Origin: Patescibacteria group bacterium
GTDB lineage: Bacteria; Patescibacteriota; Minisyncoccia; UBA6257; 2-01-FULL-56-20
Reading direction: 5' to 3'
Length of the DNA: 64,000 nucleotides
NCBI GenBank assembly: GCA_038063755.1
Contig: JBBTUL010000013.1
Coordinates: 12,876 to 76,875 of the forward strand
The notes under the pieces were generated by a model. It saw only the letters and a program-made list of their open reading frames with translations, was not told the origin of the DNA and did not search any database. The position numbers were made by a program, and so were the translations under genes. Positions 56,722-64,000 of this stretch are shown here, one piece after another (position 1 is the first letter of the stretch; each line of letters opens with the position of its first letter).

Positions 56722-59637
56722 ATGAAAAAGTGCTTGATAGTGCTTTTTTTGACTTTCGGCTTCTTCGGTTTTTCCCCACAGGGGAGGAGCGACGGAGCGG
56801 AGATTGTCGTCGATAAAGACGCGAATCTTGTTCGCGCACCGCAGGAGGGTTTTTCTCTCAAGTTTTCCCTTGAAGACTTTACCGTTTCGCTTGGCTACGA
56901 AGAGCGAGAAGAGCTTTTTGGTCCTCAAAGCAAGCGATATCTCTTTGGTATCTCGCGTGATCTGAAAAATCAGCGATTCAGCCTCTTTTTAAGGAGCGAG
57001 GAAGTGCCTTCCGGAAAAAATCTTGGAGGTCATCTTTTCTACGAACAAGGCGGAGAGGAAGAATTAAAAAGAGGCTTCGAACTTGTTTACGCAAAGAAAG
57101 ATTTCAATGAGTTTTTAATTTTCGAGAATGATCCATCGCATGCCCGTCCTTTCGTTGTGGCCGACAGTCAGGGATATTTACGCCTCTTTGTGCGTACCAC
57201 GCGCGGCATTGAATTTTCCGTTTTCAGCGCTCGTAACGGGACGGCGGATGTAACGAGCGGAGCAAAAACGTTTGCAAAGATGCCGGCATCGACTCTTTTC
57301 GGTGAGCGAACACTCGCCGACGCATATCTTGGCGAAGATGTTGTTCAGAATTTTTATGGCGCGAGCGTTAGGTTTGCTTCAGAAGAAAAAAACAGAGAAG
57401 GATTGTTTTACGGAAAGAAAGGTTCGCAGCACATAAGGGGGCTTTCTCGTCCGGACGAATTTGCCGCTTTCGGCGGATTTACCCGTTCGCGAGGAGTTCA
57501 TCTTTCGGAAAATCTCGAGCTTGATGTAAGCGATTTGCAGACGGTTGACTCGGTATTTTATGAGTCGCGCCTGCTTTTTGACTTTATGGCAGAGTTTCGT
57601 TCGGTCGAGTTCGGGTTCGGAGCATATTCGAGAGGCATAAGTACGGAGTTCGATCCGAGTCTTTTCTTGCATTTCTACGACAGTGCTGGCGGAGGACTTC
57701 TGACCTCGTTTCGAATAACCGATCGGTATCGACTTGGCTTTTGGGGGATGGGAGAGGACAATGCTCCTCATTTCCACAAGGTTTTAAGAGGAGCTCTCTT
57801 CTTAAAAACCCCGCACGGAGAGTTTGGTCTTGGGAAAAGAATTGATCGACAGGGAATGATTCGTTTCGAGAATGAGTCGGAGGGGTACTTCTTGACCCTG
57901 AAGAGCAGATACGCGGACGGCATTTTTGGAATTCAGGCGGGAGAGCCATATGGCACACTTTCGCTTCGGATTCGCGACAGCGGAAAAAGCGCGAAAAACA
58001 GCATTATTCCGTTTTCCGGAGCTCGTTATTCGCTTCTTCCGGCAAATGTTTCGCGGTACGCTGAGAATCCTCTCGTTGGCTCAACGATCAATGTTGAGTG
58101 GACGAGGAATAATCACACGGGGTCTCTCTATACGCGTCAGTCGATTTTTGGATTGAACGCAGGGGGGATGATCTCTGGCGAGAAGTATCGGTTTGTCGAA
58201 CACGGCGGGAGGTACGTTTTTTCCTCGCCAGCGGTTGATGTTGAAACAACTTTCGCGCTCAGAGATATTTCTGGACTTGGTGTTTCCGAACCGATCGGAC
58301 GAGCGGCGGTGCTTCGACAATTTGGGAGCGTCGGCGTTGGAGTCGGCTGGCTTAAAGAAGTGCTTTTCGATGAATCATTCGACGCTAGATTTCTTTTTTT
58401 CCGCATGCCTCTCGGAGTACTGGATTTCGAAAGCGCGATAGGAGAAGAGCGGGGAGGGTTATTTGTTTCGGGACGAGTTTCTCTTGGTATCGGATCTTTA
58501 AGCGGAGAGCTTCTTCCCACCCACCTTCTTCCGAAGGTGGGGCGAGCGAAGACGGAATCTTCAGCGGAAAGCATTCCGGGACCGGAGCGGCTTTGGATCA
58601 ACGTTCATAATTGCGGTCAGGAGTGTGCCGCACGTGCGCTTCCGTATCTGCTTGAATACAGGACTGCGTATACGGGGGTAAGGACGGCTCCGCGCCTGGT
58701 TTGCGATAAAAACAGCACCCCAGGACCTCATTGCTTTGAGGTGAATCCGGATGATCCGTTGCTTACCGGGGTTTTGGACATCTATGGTCCGAATGGAGTC
58801 TTTGTTCTTGTGGATGACGACTTGAATTCGAGACCGTATGGGAAGATATCTCCCGAAGGATTGTATCTGAAGATGAAAAACACGCTTCTCTTTGACGAGC
58901 GGATCGTGAATGTGCAGTGCCTCGGGGAACCGCTAAATTCCGGAAACATTCTTCCAGAAGAGTACGTGCGCGTATACCTTCCGGAGTGCGTGAGGGCCGC
59001 AGAAGATGTGAACAAAACGCGCTCCCAAAGTCTTCAGGCAACGGTTTTCGCTGCGGCTCCGTTTGGAAGTTCGGCTGGGTCAAGGGAGAATCAGCGGATT
59101 ATCCGTTCGGGGATTCTTCGTTATCCAAAAGTCGCTTTAACGTGCCATGTCTACGCGGCAAGCGAAAAAGAAGCCCTACGTCTTACCCGCGAGTGCAAGG
59201 CTGATGCGCATGGAAGACTCATTGCGCTTACTGAGAGCAATTTCGCTGATGGCGGAATGGGAAGCCGATATTCCAAACACGCCTGGTGGCTTGGAGAAGT
59301 TATGCCGAAGATCGAGAAGATACTTGCAGAGGGACTTGATCGGCGCTCTCTTAAAAAGCAGATCAATGTTTTTTACACGCTTGATGCGCATGAGGATGCC
59401 GAGTTTCCCCTTATCCAGTGGGACCGGTCAGGCCACTGGACTGCGACGAGCGATGCCCATAAGAAGATTATCGAAGCGCGTGACGCTTCGCATAGAAAAA
59501 TCGCTCCGTTGGTGTCGGCGGCTACAGAGGAAAACGCAGAAGATGTCTCCGGCGTGATTCATGGAGGGAGGGACGGCGCTCTACGGACAGATCGTCCAAG
59601 CCGTTTTGAGACCCGAAAAGAGAAGGAAAAAAAATAG
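56722..59637 (+). CDS. large secreted protein of unknown function (971 aa)
   Basis: GGAGG RBS 5 nt upstream. Signal peptide MKKCLIVLFLTFGFFGFS. Gly/aromatic-rich and probably beta-rich. No motif recognised. Confidence 0.6.
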   Translation: MKKCLIVLFLTFGFFGFSPQGRSDGAEIVVDKDANLVRAPQEGFSLKFSLEDFTVSLGYEEREELFGPQSKRYLFGISRDLKNQRFSLFLRSEEVPSGKNLGGHLFYEQGGEEELKRGFELVYAKKDFNEFLIFENDPSHARPFVVADSQGYLRLFVRTTRGIEFSVFSARNGTADVTSGAKTFAKMPASTLFGERTLADAYLGEDVVQNFYGASVRFASEEKNREGLFYGKKGSQHIRGLSRPDEFAAFGGFTRSRGVHLSENLELDVSDLQTVDSVFYESRLLFDFMAEFRSVEFGFGAYSRGISTEFDPSLFLHFYDSAGGGLLTSFRITDRYRLGFWGMGEDNAPHFHKVLRGALFLKTPHGEFGLGKRIDRQGMIRFENESEGYFLTLKSRYADGIFGIQAGEPYGTLSLRIRDSGKSAKNSIIPFSGARYSLLPANVSRYAENPLVGSTINVEWTRNNHTGSLYTRQSIFGLNAGGMISGEKYRFVEHGGRYVFSSPAVDVETTFALRDISGLGVSEPIGRAAVLRQFGSVGVGVGWLKEVLFDESFDARFLFFRMPLGVLDFESAIGEERGGLFVSGRVSLGIGSLSGELLPTHLLPKVGRAKTESSAESIPGPERLWINVHNCGQECAARALPYLLEYRTAYTGVRTAPRLVCDKNSTPGPHCFEVNPDDPLLTGVLDIYGPNGVFVLVDDDLNSRPYGKISPEGLYLKMKNTLLFDERIVNVQCLGEPLNSGNILPEEYVRVYLPECVRAAEDVNKTRSQSLQATVFAAAPFGSSAGSRENQRIIRSGILRYPKVALTCHVYAASEKEALRLTRECKADAHGRLIALTESNFADGGMGSRYSKHAWWLGEVMPKIEKILAEGLDRRSLKKQINVFYTLDAHEDAEFPLIQWDRSGHWTATSDAHKKIIEARDASHRKIAPLVSAATEENAEDVSGVIHGGRDGALRTDRPSRFETRKEKEKK

Positions 59638-59641
59638 CACT

Positions 59642-59667
59642 ATGCCCCGAAAAACGGGGCATTTTTA
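59642..59667 (+). terminator. rho-independent terminator
   Basis: ATGCCCCG-aaaaa-CGGGGCAT followed by TTTTT. Confidence 0.55.
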
Positions 59668-59742
59668 CACCCTCGTAAGACAAGAGGGGGGAATCCGTTG
59701 TATACTATGTAATACAAAAGGTCGCAAAAAGACATATTCGAA

Positions 59743-60285
59743 ATGACAAAAGTATTAAAATTTTTAGCCGTTGCAGGCGTAGCAACCATGACTGTTTTTG
59801 CACTTCAGATTTCTTCTGTGTTTGCGGAAGAAAACGGTGGCGCCAAGGGCCTTGAGAAGAAAGTCGAGAAGATGGAAAACAGGCTCGAAAAAGGCCAAGA
59901 CTGGGTGATGAACAGCGTCGGAGAGTCTCGTGCGGTTATGATGAAGGCGAACGGAGAATTCCATCTCCGAGGCGCTGAAGTTGTATCCGTGAATGCCACC
60001 GCAAATACCATTACGGCAAAACTTTACGGTTTCACCCGAGAAGTGGGTGTTGCCGGAGCGAAGCTTCGTGGAACAGGTGGCTCTATCACTCTCTCGGACA
60101 TCCAGGTCGGTGACAAGCTTGCCGCGTGGGGAAAGTTTGACGAATCAACCCGAACACTTACCGTATCGGAGGTTCGCGATCTTACCTTGAGGAGGCAGGA
60201 CCAGGCCGCAACACGGTCTCGCATCGAAGAGCTTTTGAAGATGATCAAGGAGCTTCAGGCGAAGCTTAGGGGCTCGTCGAATTAA
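59743..60285 (+). CDS. hypothetical secreted protein
   Basis: Signal peptide ..TMTVFALQISSVFA-EENGG. 180 aa with a coiled-coil C-terminus. Confidence 0.45.
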   Translation: MTKVLKFLAVAGVATMTVFALQISSVFAEENGGAKGLEKKVEKMENRLEKGQDWVMNSVGESRAVMMKANGEFHLRGAEVVSVNATANTITAKLYGFTREVGVAGAKLRGTGGSITLSDIQVGDKLAAWGKFDESTRTLTVSEVRDLTLRRQDQAATRSRIEELLKMIKELQAKLRGSSN

Positions 60286-60309
60286 GTTTTAGGCTTGAAG
60301 GTGTTTTAT

Positions 60310-60340
60310 AAGCCCCGCGTTTTACGCGGGGCTTTGTATT
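60310..60340 (+). terminator. rho-independent terminator (plus strand)
   Basis: AAGCCCCGCG-tttta-CGCGGGGCTT followed by TGTATT. Confidence 0.55.
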
Positions 60341-60366
60341 AAAAAAATCCGCGATTTTATCGCGGG
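60341..60366 (-). terminator. rho-independent terminator (minus strand) for the 60375-60830 gene
   Basis: CCGCGAT-ttt-ATCGCGG with T7 on the minus strand (A7 on the plus strand). Confidence 0.45.
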
Positions 60367-60374
60367 AAATTTGT

Positions 60375-60830
60375 TCATTTCAAAAAAGTGTCGGGTTCGT
60401 ATCCTTCCGGGAATCCACCTTCGTCGGATCCTCCGCAATCGCACATTCCGTCGCAGCAGGGTTGGGTGTCGTGGCGGGGAATCGTCGTTGGCGAAGAGGG
60501 CGAAGAGAGAGCAGAGGCCGTCTTTTTGATTTCAGCTATCCGCTTCTCAAGAGACTCCCGCGCGTATCCCAGGACGAGGGTCAGCCCATCTTTCATGCCG
60601 GTGCTGCTTTCGACGTAAAATTCTCCCGATCCAGAAAGAAGGATCTCAACTATAGAAAACGGATCGTTTCTTCCGTCTCGGATAAGCTTGTTGATTACAA
60701 AGCGCTCGAAAATGCGAGAAAGAAGTTTTTCAATAAGATTCAGTGTCTCTTCGTCAGGGACAGTGCTTGTTATTTCAGTTCGTCTTTCCTGCCACCAATG
60801 CTTAATCGTGACAGTTGCCGGACCTGGCAT
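60375..60830 (-). CDS. hypothetical protein with a C-terminal Cys-rich tail
   Basis: 151 aa. AGGAG RBS. Ends in ..QPCCDGMCDCGGSDEGG.. Confidence 0.4.
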   Translation of the reverse strand: MPGPATVTIKHWWQERRTEITSTVPDEETLNLIEKLLSRIFERFVINKLIRDGRNDPFSIVEILLSGSGEFYVESSTGMKDGLTLVLGYARESLEKRIAEIKKTASALSSPSSPTTIPRHDTQPCCDGMCDCGGSDEGGFPEGYEPDTFLK

Positions 60831-60973
60831 ACCATAGCTCCTCTATCAAGTTCCTACGAGAACATTACAAGTTACGCGAGAACTTGTAAATGGTTGATTC
60901 TCGGTGATTTGATTTTCCCCGCGGCGTCCAATAGTCTTTTATGTAGAAACAAGAATTTTGAAAGAGGTGCGAT

Positions 60974-61456
60974 GTGCGGATGTGGCTGAAGCGGATTGCT
61001 CGTCGGATAGTCGAGCGCAAAAAGAAACGGAATGCTTTTTTTCACTACTACAACGCTCTTTTTTTCAGGTCAAATTTAAATCTTTCGGCGATTGTGAAGG
61101 GATTCATGGAGTACGCAACGCTTCAGGGTAAGCGATCGTTCCCGCCGCTCAACCACAAGCTTTGGCATGACTTTCTCTGGAAAGTGCAGGAGCGGTTGTG
61201 CGACGATTTTCTCGATCTTGTATTTATCGGGAAGTTCAAGAAAGTCGGAGAAGGGAAGTATCGGAACTGTCATCTTTCCGAAGTACATTTCAAAATGCCG
61301 GTTGCGTCTCATGGGTGTGGAGACTTTGAGCGGATCAGGCTTCCGTATGAACCGGATCCGGCGCGATACAAGCAGCTTCCATTTTCTTATCACAATCAAG
61401 GGCTTGACGCAGAGATGTACAAAATCGCGCTTGAGCTTGACGGATTCATGTTTTAG
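60974..61456 (+). CDS. hypothetical protein
   Basis: 160 aa. AAGAGGTG RBS. GTG start at 60974 or ATG at 60980. No motif recognised. Confidence 0.4.
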   Translation: MRMWLKRIARRIVERKKKRNAFFHYYNALFFRSNLNLSAIVKGFMEYATLQGKRSFPPLNHKLWHDFLWKVQERLCDDFLDLVFIGKFKKVGEGKYRNCHLSEVHFKMPVASHGCGDFERIRLPYEPDPARYKQLPFSYHNQGLDAEMYKIALELDGFMF

Positions 61457-61482
61457 AACCGATGCAAACGCATCGGTTTTTT
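61457..61482 (+). terminator. rho-independent terminator
   Basis: AACCGATGC-aaac-GCATCGGTT followed by TTTTTT, then immediately TATACT. Confidence 0.6.
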
Positions 61483-61771
61483 ATACTCTCCCAGCGTCGA
61501 GTTCGTCAGTCACGCATGAGCTGAGAGTCGACCTCTTCCCACACAATCCGAGAAATTTCTTGGATTGTTTTTTAAGAACTTCCATTTTCGGACCACGCGC
61601 CATTACGCAGGGCTTGTGTCGCATCATCCAATTACGAATCGAAAAGACTGAGGGCAAGGATATTTTGCCCGCCACGCGAGGACGTGATTCTCTTTGACTT
61701 CTCAAACGGCCGGGGAGTATGCTTTTTTTTAGACACAATTGAGAATTTAAGCAGACAGGAGGAAGACGCAC

Positions 61772-63859
61772 ATGAAGAAATGGGCTCGTTTCGCCCTGCG
61801 AATAGCGCTTCGCACTTTCGCCTTTCTCGTCCCGATCCTGCTCGTTATTCTCGTTTCGCTTGTCGGATATCTTGCGTTTCTGGGAGTTTTCCGCCCAGTC
61901 GACTTTTCGCCACTGAATGACGAGCGTGAAGTGAGTATCATCTACGATGCGAGTGGCGCGAGAATCAGCGAGGGGTGCGATCAGTTTTGTCGAGAGGTTA
62001 TTCCGCGAGAGATGATGGGGCGCTTTCCGGAGTTCGCTGTTGCGGCGGAAGATAGGGGTTTTCACGATCGGAAATTACTTCCGATTGATCTTCTCGGAAT
62101 TTTTCGGGCAGCAACAGAGAACACTTTTTCTGGAGAAGCTGTACAGGGCGCCTCAACGCTTGAGCAGCAGCTTGCTCGAACGCTCCTTACGCCAGACGAA
62201 AGACGGCGTGAGCGAGAGGAAATGTCAGCGAAGGCTAAATGGATCCGCAAATTTCGAGAAATTCGTGTTGCATTTGCTCTGAAAAAAAGATTTAGCAAGG
62301 ACGAGATTCTCGATCTTTACCTGAACAACATTTACTGCGGAGAAAACAGATCAGGAATTCAGGCCTGCAGCCAATGGTATTTTCGCAAGAACCCTTCAGA
62401 GCTTACTCTTGGCGAAGCGGCGATGGTTATCGCCACATGGCGAAGTCCGCGATCCTCGCCGTTTTTCAGTGTTGAGCGAGCCCACAGGGCCCGAGAGAGG
62501 GTTTTGGGACAATTATTGAAAAACGGGAAAATAAACAAAGGAGAGGCGGATGCTGCTTTCAAAGAGCAACTAGGAACATCTCGTCCGGGGCTTGAGGTCT
62601 ATGCGAAGAATTTCGCTGAGTACGTAAGAAAAAGCATCGTTGGGAAGCAGCGATTTGTTGATCAAGGGCTTCGGGTGCATACGACCCTTGACCCCAAGAT
62701 TCAACTTTCTACCATCTCGGCTCTTCGGGAGTCTTTGGATGCGATGAAGGCTAGGAATAGTGAAATCTCCTCGGATCTTTGCGGGGCAGCGCTTGTCATT
62801 GATGCAAAGACAGGTGCGGTGAAAGCGTGGGCGCAAATCTCCCCGTTCCTCAATAGTGAGTTCGATCTGATTTCTCAGGCGAAACGCCATCCGGGATCTG
62901 CGTTCAAGGCGTTTCTGTACGCATTCATGGTCGGAAAGAGGGGATGGAGAGCATCTGTGATCGATGAAGGATTCGGGCCGTATCAAGTCGATGACGGATC
63001 CTCTATCGTCGTACCGATGGGAGGTGGGGGTCTTCATGCAATTGAAAATTTTCCATATCGATCAATGCCTCGATTCTTGGGTAGGGTAGATCTTCTAACC
63101 GCCCTTGCTCATTCGAGGAACGCTGCGGCGATGAGCGTGGTTTCTGGAGTAAGGGGTTCGACGGTTCCTATTGAACTCAGAATCTCGAAAGAGGAACTGC
63201 TTCGATTTACGGCGGATCTCGGTATCATGAGCGCCGAGGAAGGGCTCAAGGCAATTCTTTGGGGAAATGCGGCCGCGAAGGAAAGGTGGGATCCAGGACT
63301 TACGCTTCCGCTAGGATCCATTGACGTTTCGGTTTATGAAATGGTCCGTGCCTGGACTGCTCTTCGGGGCGGTTGGCTCATTGAGCCGCACGTGATCGAA
63401 AGCATCGAAACGAAGAGCGGATCGTATCATCATGAGTTTTCGCGAGGACAGAATGTGTTTGATGAGAAAACCGCCTTTTCAATCGTTCGACTTCTTCGCG
63501 CCCCCGTGGAGCTTCCCGGAGGGACGGCGCGAGGACTTCGCGACGAGAAGAGATTCGGCTTTCGCGGAGATGCAATCGGAAAAACTGGAACTTCGTCGAA
63601 TAATGATCGGGACGCAACCGATAATTGGTTTGTGGGATGCACACCGAACTACTGTATGGGAGTCTGGATTGGCAGGAATACGAGACTCCCGCTTGCAAGG
63701 ACGACTGATCCGGTAACCGGGGAGGATATTTATGAGACTGGAGGGAGAAACGCTCTGCCGGTTTTCGCAAAGGTTATGAAGATGATTTCTGTTTATGACG
63801 GCGAATACGCTTATTTTCCGGAAAAAACAGATCCTAGAAAATTGCTTCCTAAGAAATAG
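61772..63859 (+). CDS. class A penicillin-binding protein (glycosyltransferase GT51 + transpeptidase)
   Basis: GT51 motifs EDRGFHDR, GASTLEQQLAR, and RKFREIRVAFALKKRFSKDEILDLYLNNIYCGE. Transpeptidase motifs SAFK (HPGSAFKAF), SRN, and KTGT. AGGAGG RBS. Confidence 0.9.
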   Translation: MKKWARFALRIALRTFAFLVPILLVILVSLVGYLAFLGVFRPVDFSPLNDEREVSIIYDASGARISEGCDQFCREVIPREMMGRFPEFAVAAEDRGFHDRKLLPIDLLGIFRAATENTFSGEAVQGASTLEQQLARTLLTPDERRREREEMSAKAKWIRKFREIRVAFALKKRFSKDEILDLYLNNIYCGENRSGIQACSQWYFRKNPSELTLGEAAMVIATWRSPRSSPFFSVERAHRARERVLGQLLKNGKINKGEADAAFKEQLGTSRPGLEVYAKNFAEYVRKSIVGKQRFVDQGLRVHTTLDPKIQLSTISALRESLDAMKARNSEISSDLCGAALVIDAKTGAVKAWAQISPFLNSEFDLISQAKRHPGSAFKAFLYAFMVGKRGWRASVIDEGFGPYQVDDGSSIVVPMGGGGLHAIENFPYRSMPRFLGRVDLLTALAHSRNAAAMSVVSGVRGSTVPIELRISKEELLRFTADLGIMSAEEGLKAILWGNAAAKERWDPGLTLPLGSIDVSVYEMVRAWTALRGGWLIEPHVIESIETKSGSYHHEFSRGQNVFDEKTAFSIVRLLRAPVELPGGTARGLRDEKRFGFRGDAIGKTGTSSNNDRDATDNWFVGCTPNYCMGVWIGRNTRLPLARTTDPVTGEDIYETGGRNALPVFAKVMKMISVYDGEYAYFPEKTDPRKLLPKK

Positions 63860-63863
63860 TAAA

Positions 63864-63889
63864 CCCCGACGAAACGTCGGGGATTTTTT
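63864..63889 (+). terminator. rho-independent terminator after the PBP gene
   Basis: CCCCGACG-aaa-CGTCGGGG followed by ATTTTTT. Confidence 0.55.
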
Positions 63890-63940
63890 AAAAAAACGGT
63901 AAACGAGCCGACAGTGGGCTAAGATACGAGTGCAAAACTA

Positions 63941-63966
63941 AAAAAAGAACCCATGTGCTTGGGTTC
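63941..63966 (-). terminator. minus-strand terminator for a gene lying beyond the window end
   Basis: GAACCCA-tgtgc-TGGGTTC with T7 on the minus strand. Confidence 0.4.
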
Positions 63967-64000
63967 GTGTAACTAATAGATCTTTACTTCGAGTCTTGTC

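Noticed and set aside
61481-62065. 194-aa minus-strand ORF overlapping the PBP start and its upstream region.
   Set aside because: It overlaps a high-confidence gene (GT51 motifs in the other frame) and has biased, non-protein-like composition.
1-64000. Searched by eye for CRISPR repeats, tRNA (GGTTCGAATCC-type T-arms), rRNA, IS elements, integrases and phage genes.
   Set aside because: None found. All intergenic gaps are under 320 bp and contain only promoters, terminators and leaders. A computational tRNA or CRISPR scan would be needed to exclude short elements definitively.

Overview
This is a gene-dense window of about 50% GC that is almost entirely coding, with mostly housekeeping genes. 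No rRNA, tRNA, CRISPR array, transposase or integrase was recognised. The core genes are guaB, gyrB, secE-nusG-rplK, tmk, a Dgt-like HD hydrolase, gatB, miaA, thrS, serS, alr, an FtsQ-like gene, lepA, an FtsB-like gene, obg and a class A PBP. The accessory content points to a monoderm, probably Patescibacteria/CPR-like (Parcubacteria-type) organism: an LPXTG surface protein with two sortases, a GT39 glycosyltransferase next to a DUF4012-like protein, SIMPL, and M15/LAS peptidases. The regions most worth a second look are: (1) a sortase locus, 442-3267; (2) a 603-aa cysteine-rich protein with mirrored double zinc-ribbon ends and internal Cys repeats, 24920-26731; (3) an extracytoplasmic thiol-disulfide cluster made of CcdA, an unknown CxxC membrane protein, a CPHC thioredoxin-like protein and DoxX, 41420-43508; (4) a 250-nt structured leader with a terminator hairpin and a 45-codon upstream ORF in front of an MFS transporter, divergent from an Nramp gene, 45646-45954; (5) a csoR-copA-HMA-membrane-cupredoxin copper operon with a recognisable CsoR operator inside its promoter, 47997-51976; (6) a 971-aa secreted protein of unknown function, 56722-59637; (7) many genes whose -10 element (TATACT, TACAAT or TATAAT, often TGn-extended) ends 6-9 nt before the start codon, implying leaderless mRNAs; (8) rplK followed directly by a terminator with no rplA-rplJ-rplL. 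All calls come from reading the six-frame translations and the DNA by eye. No database search was run.
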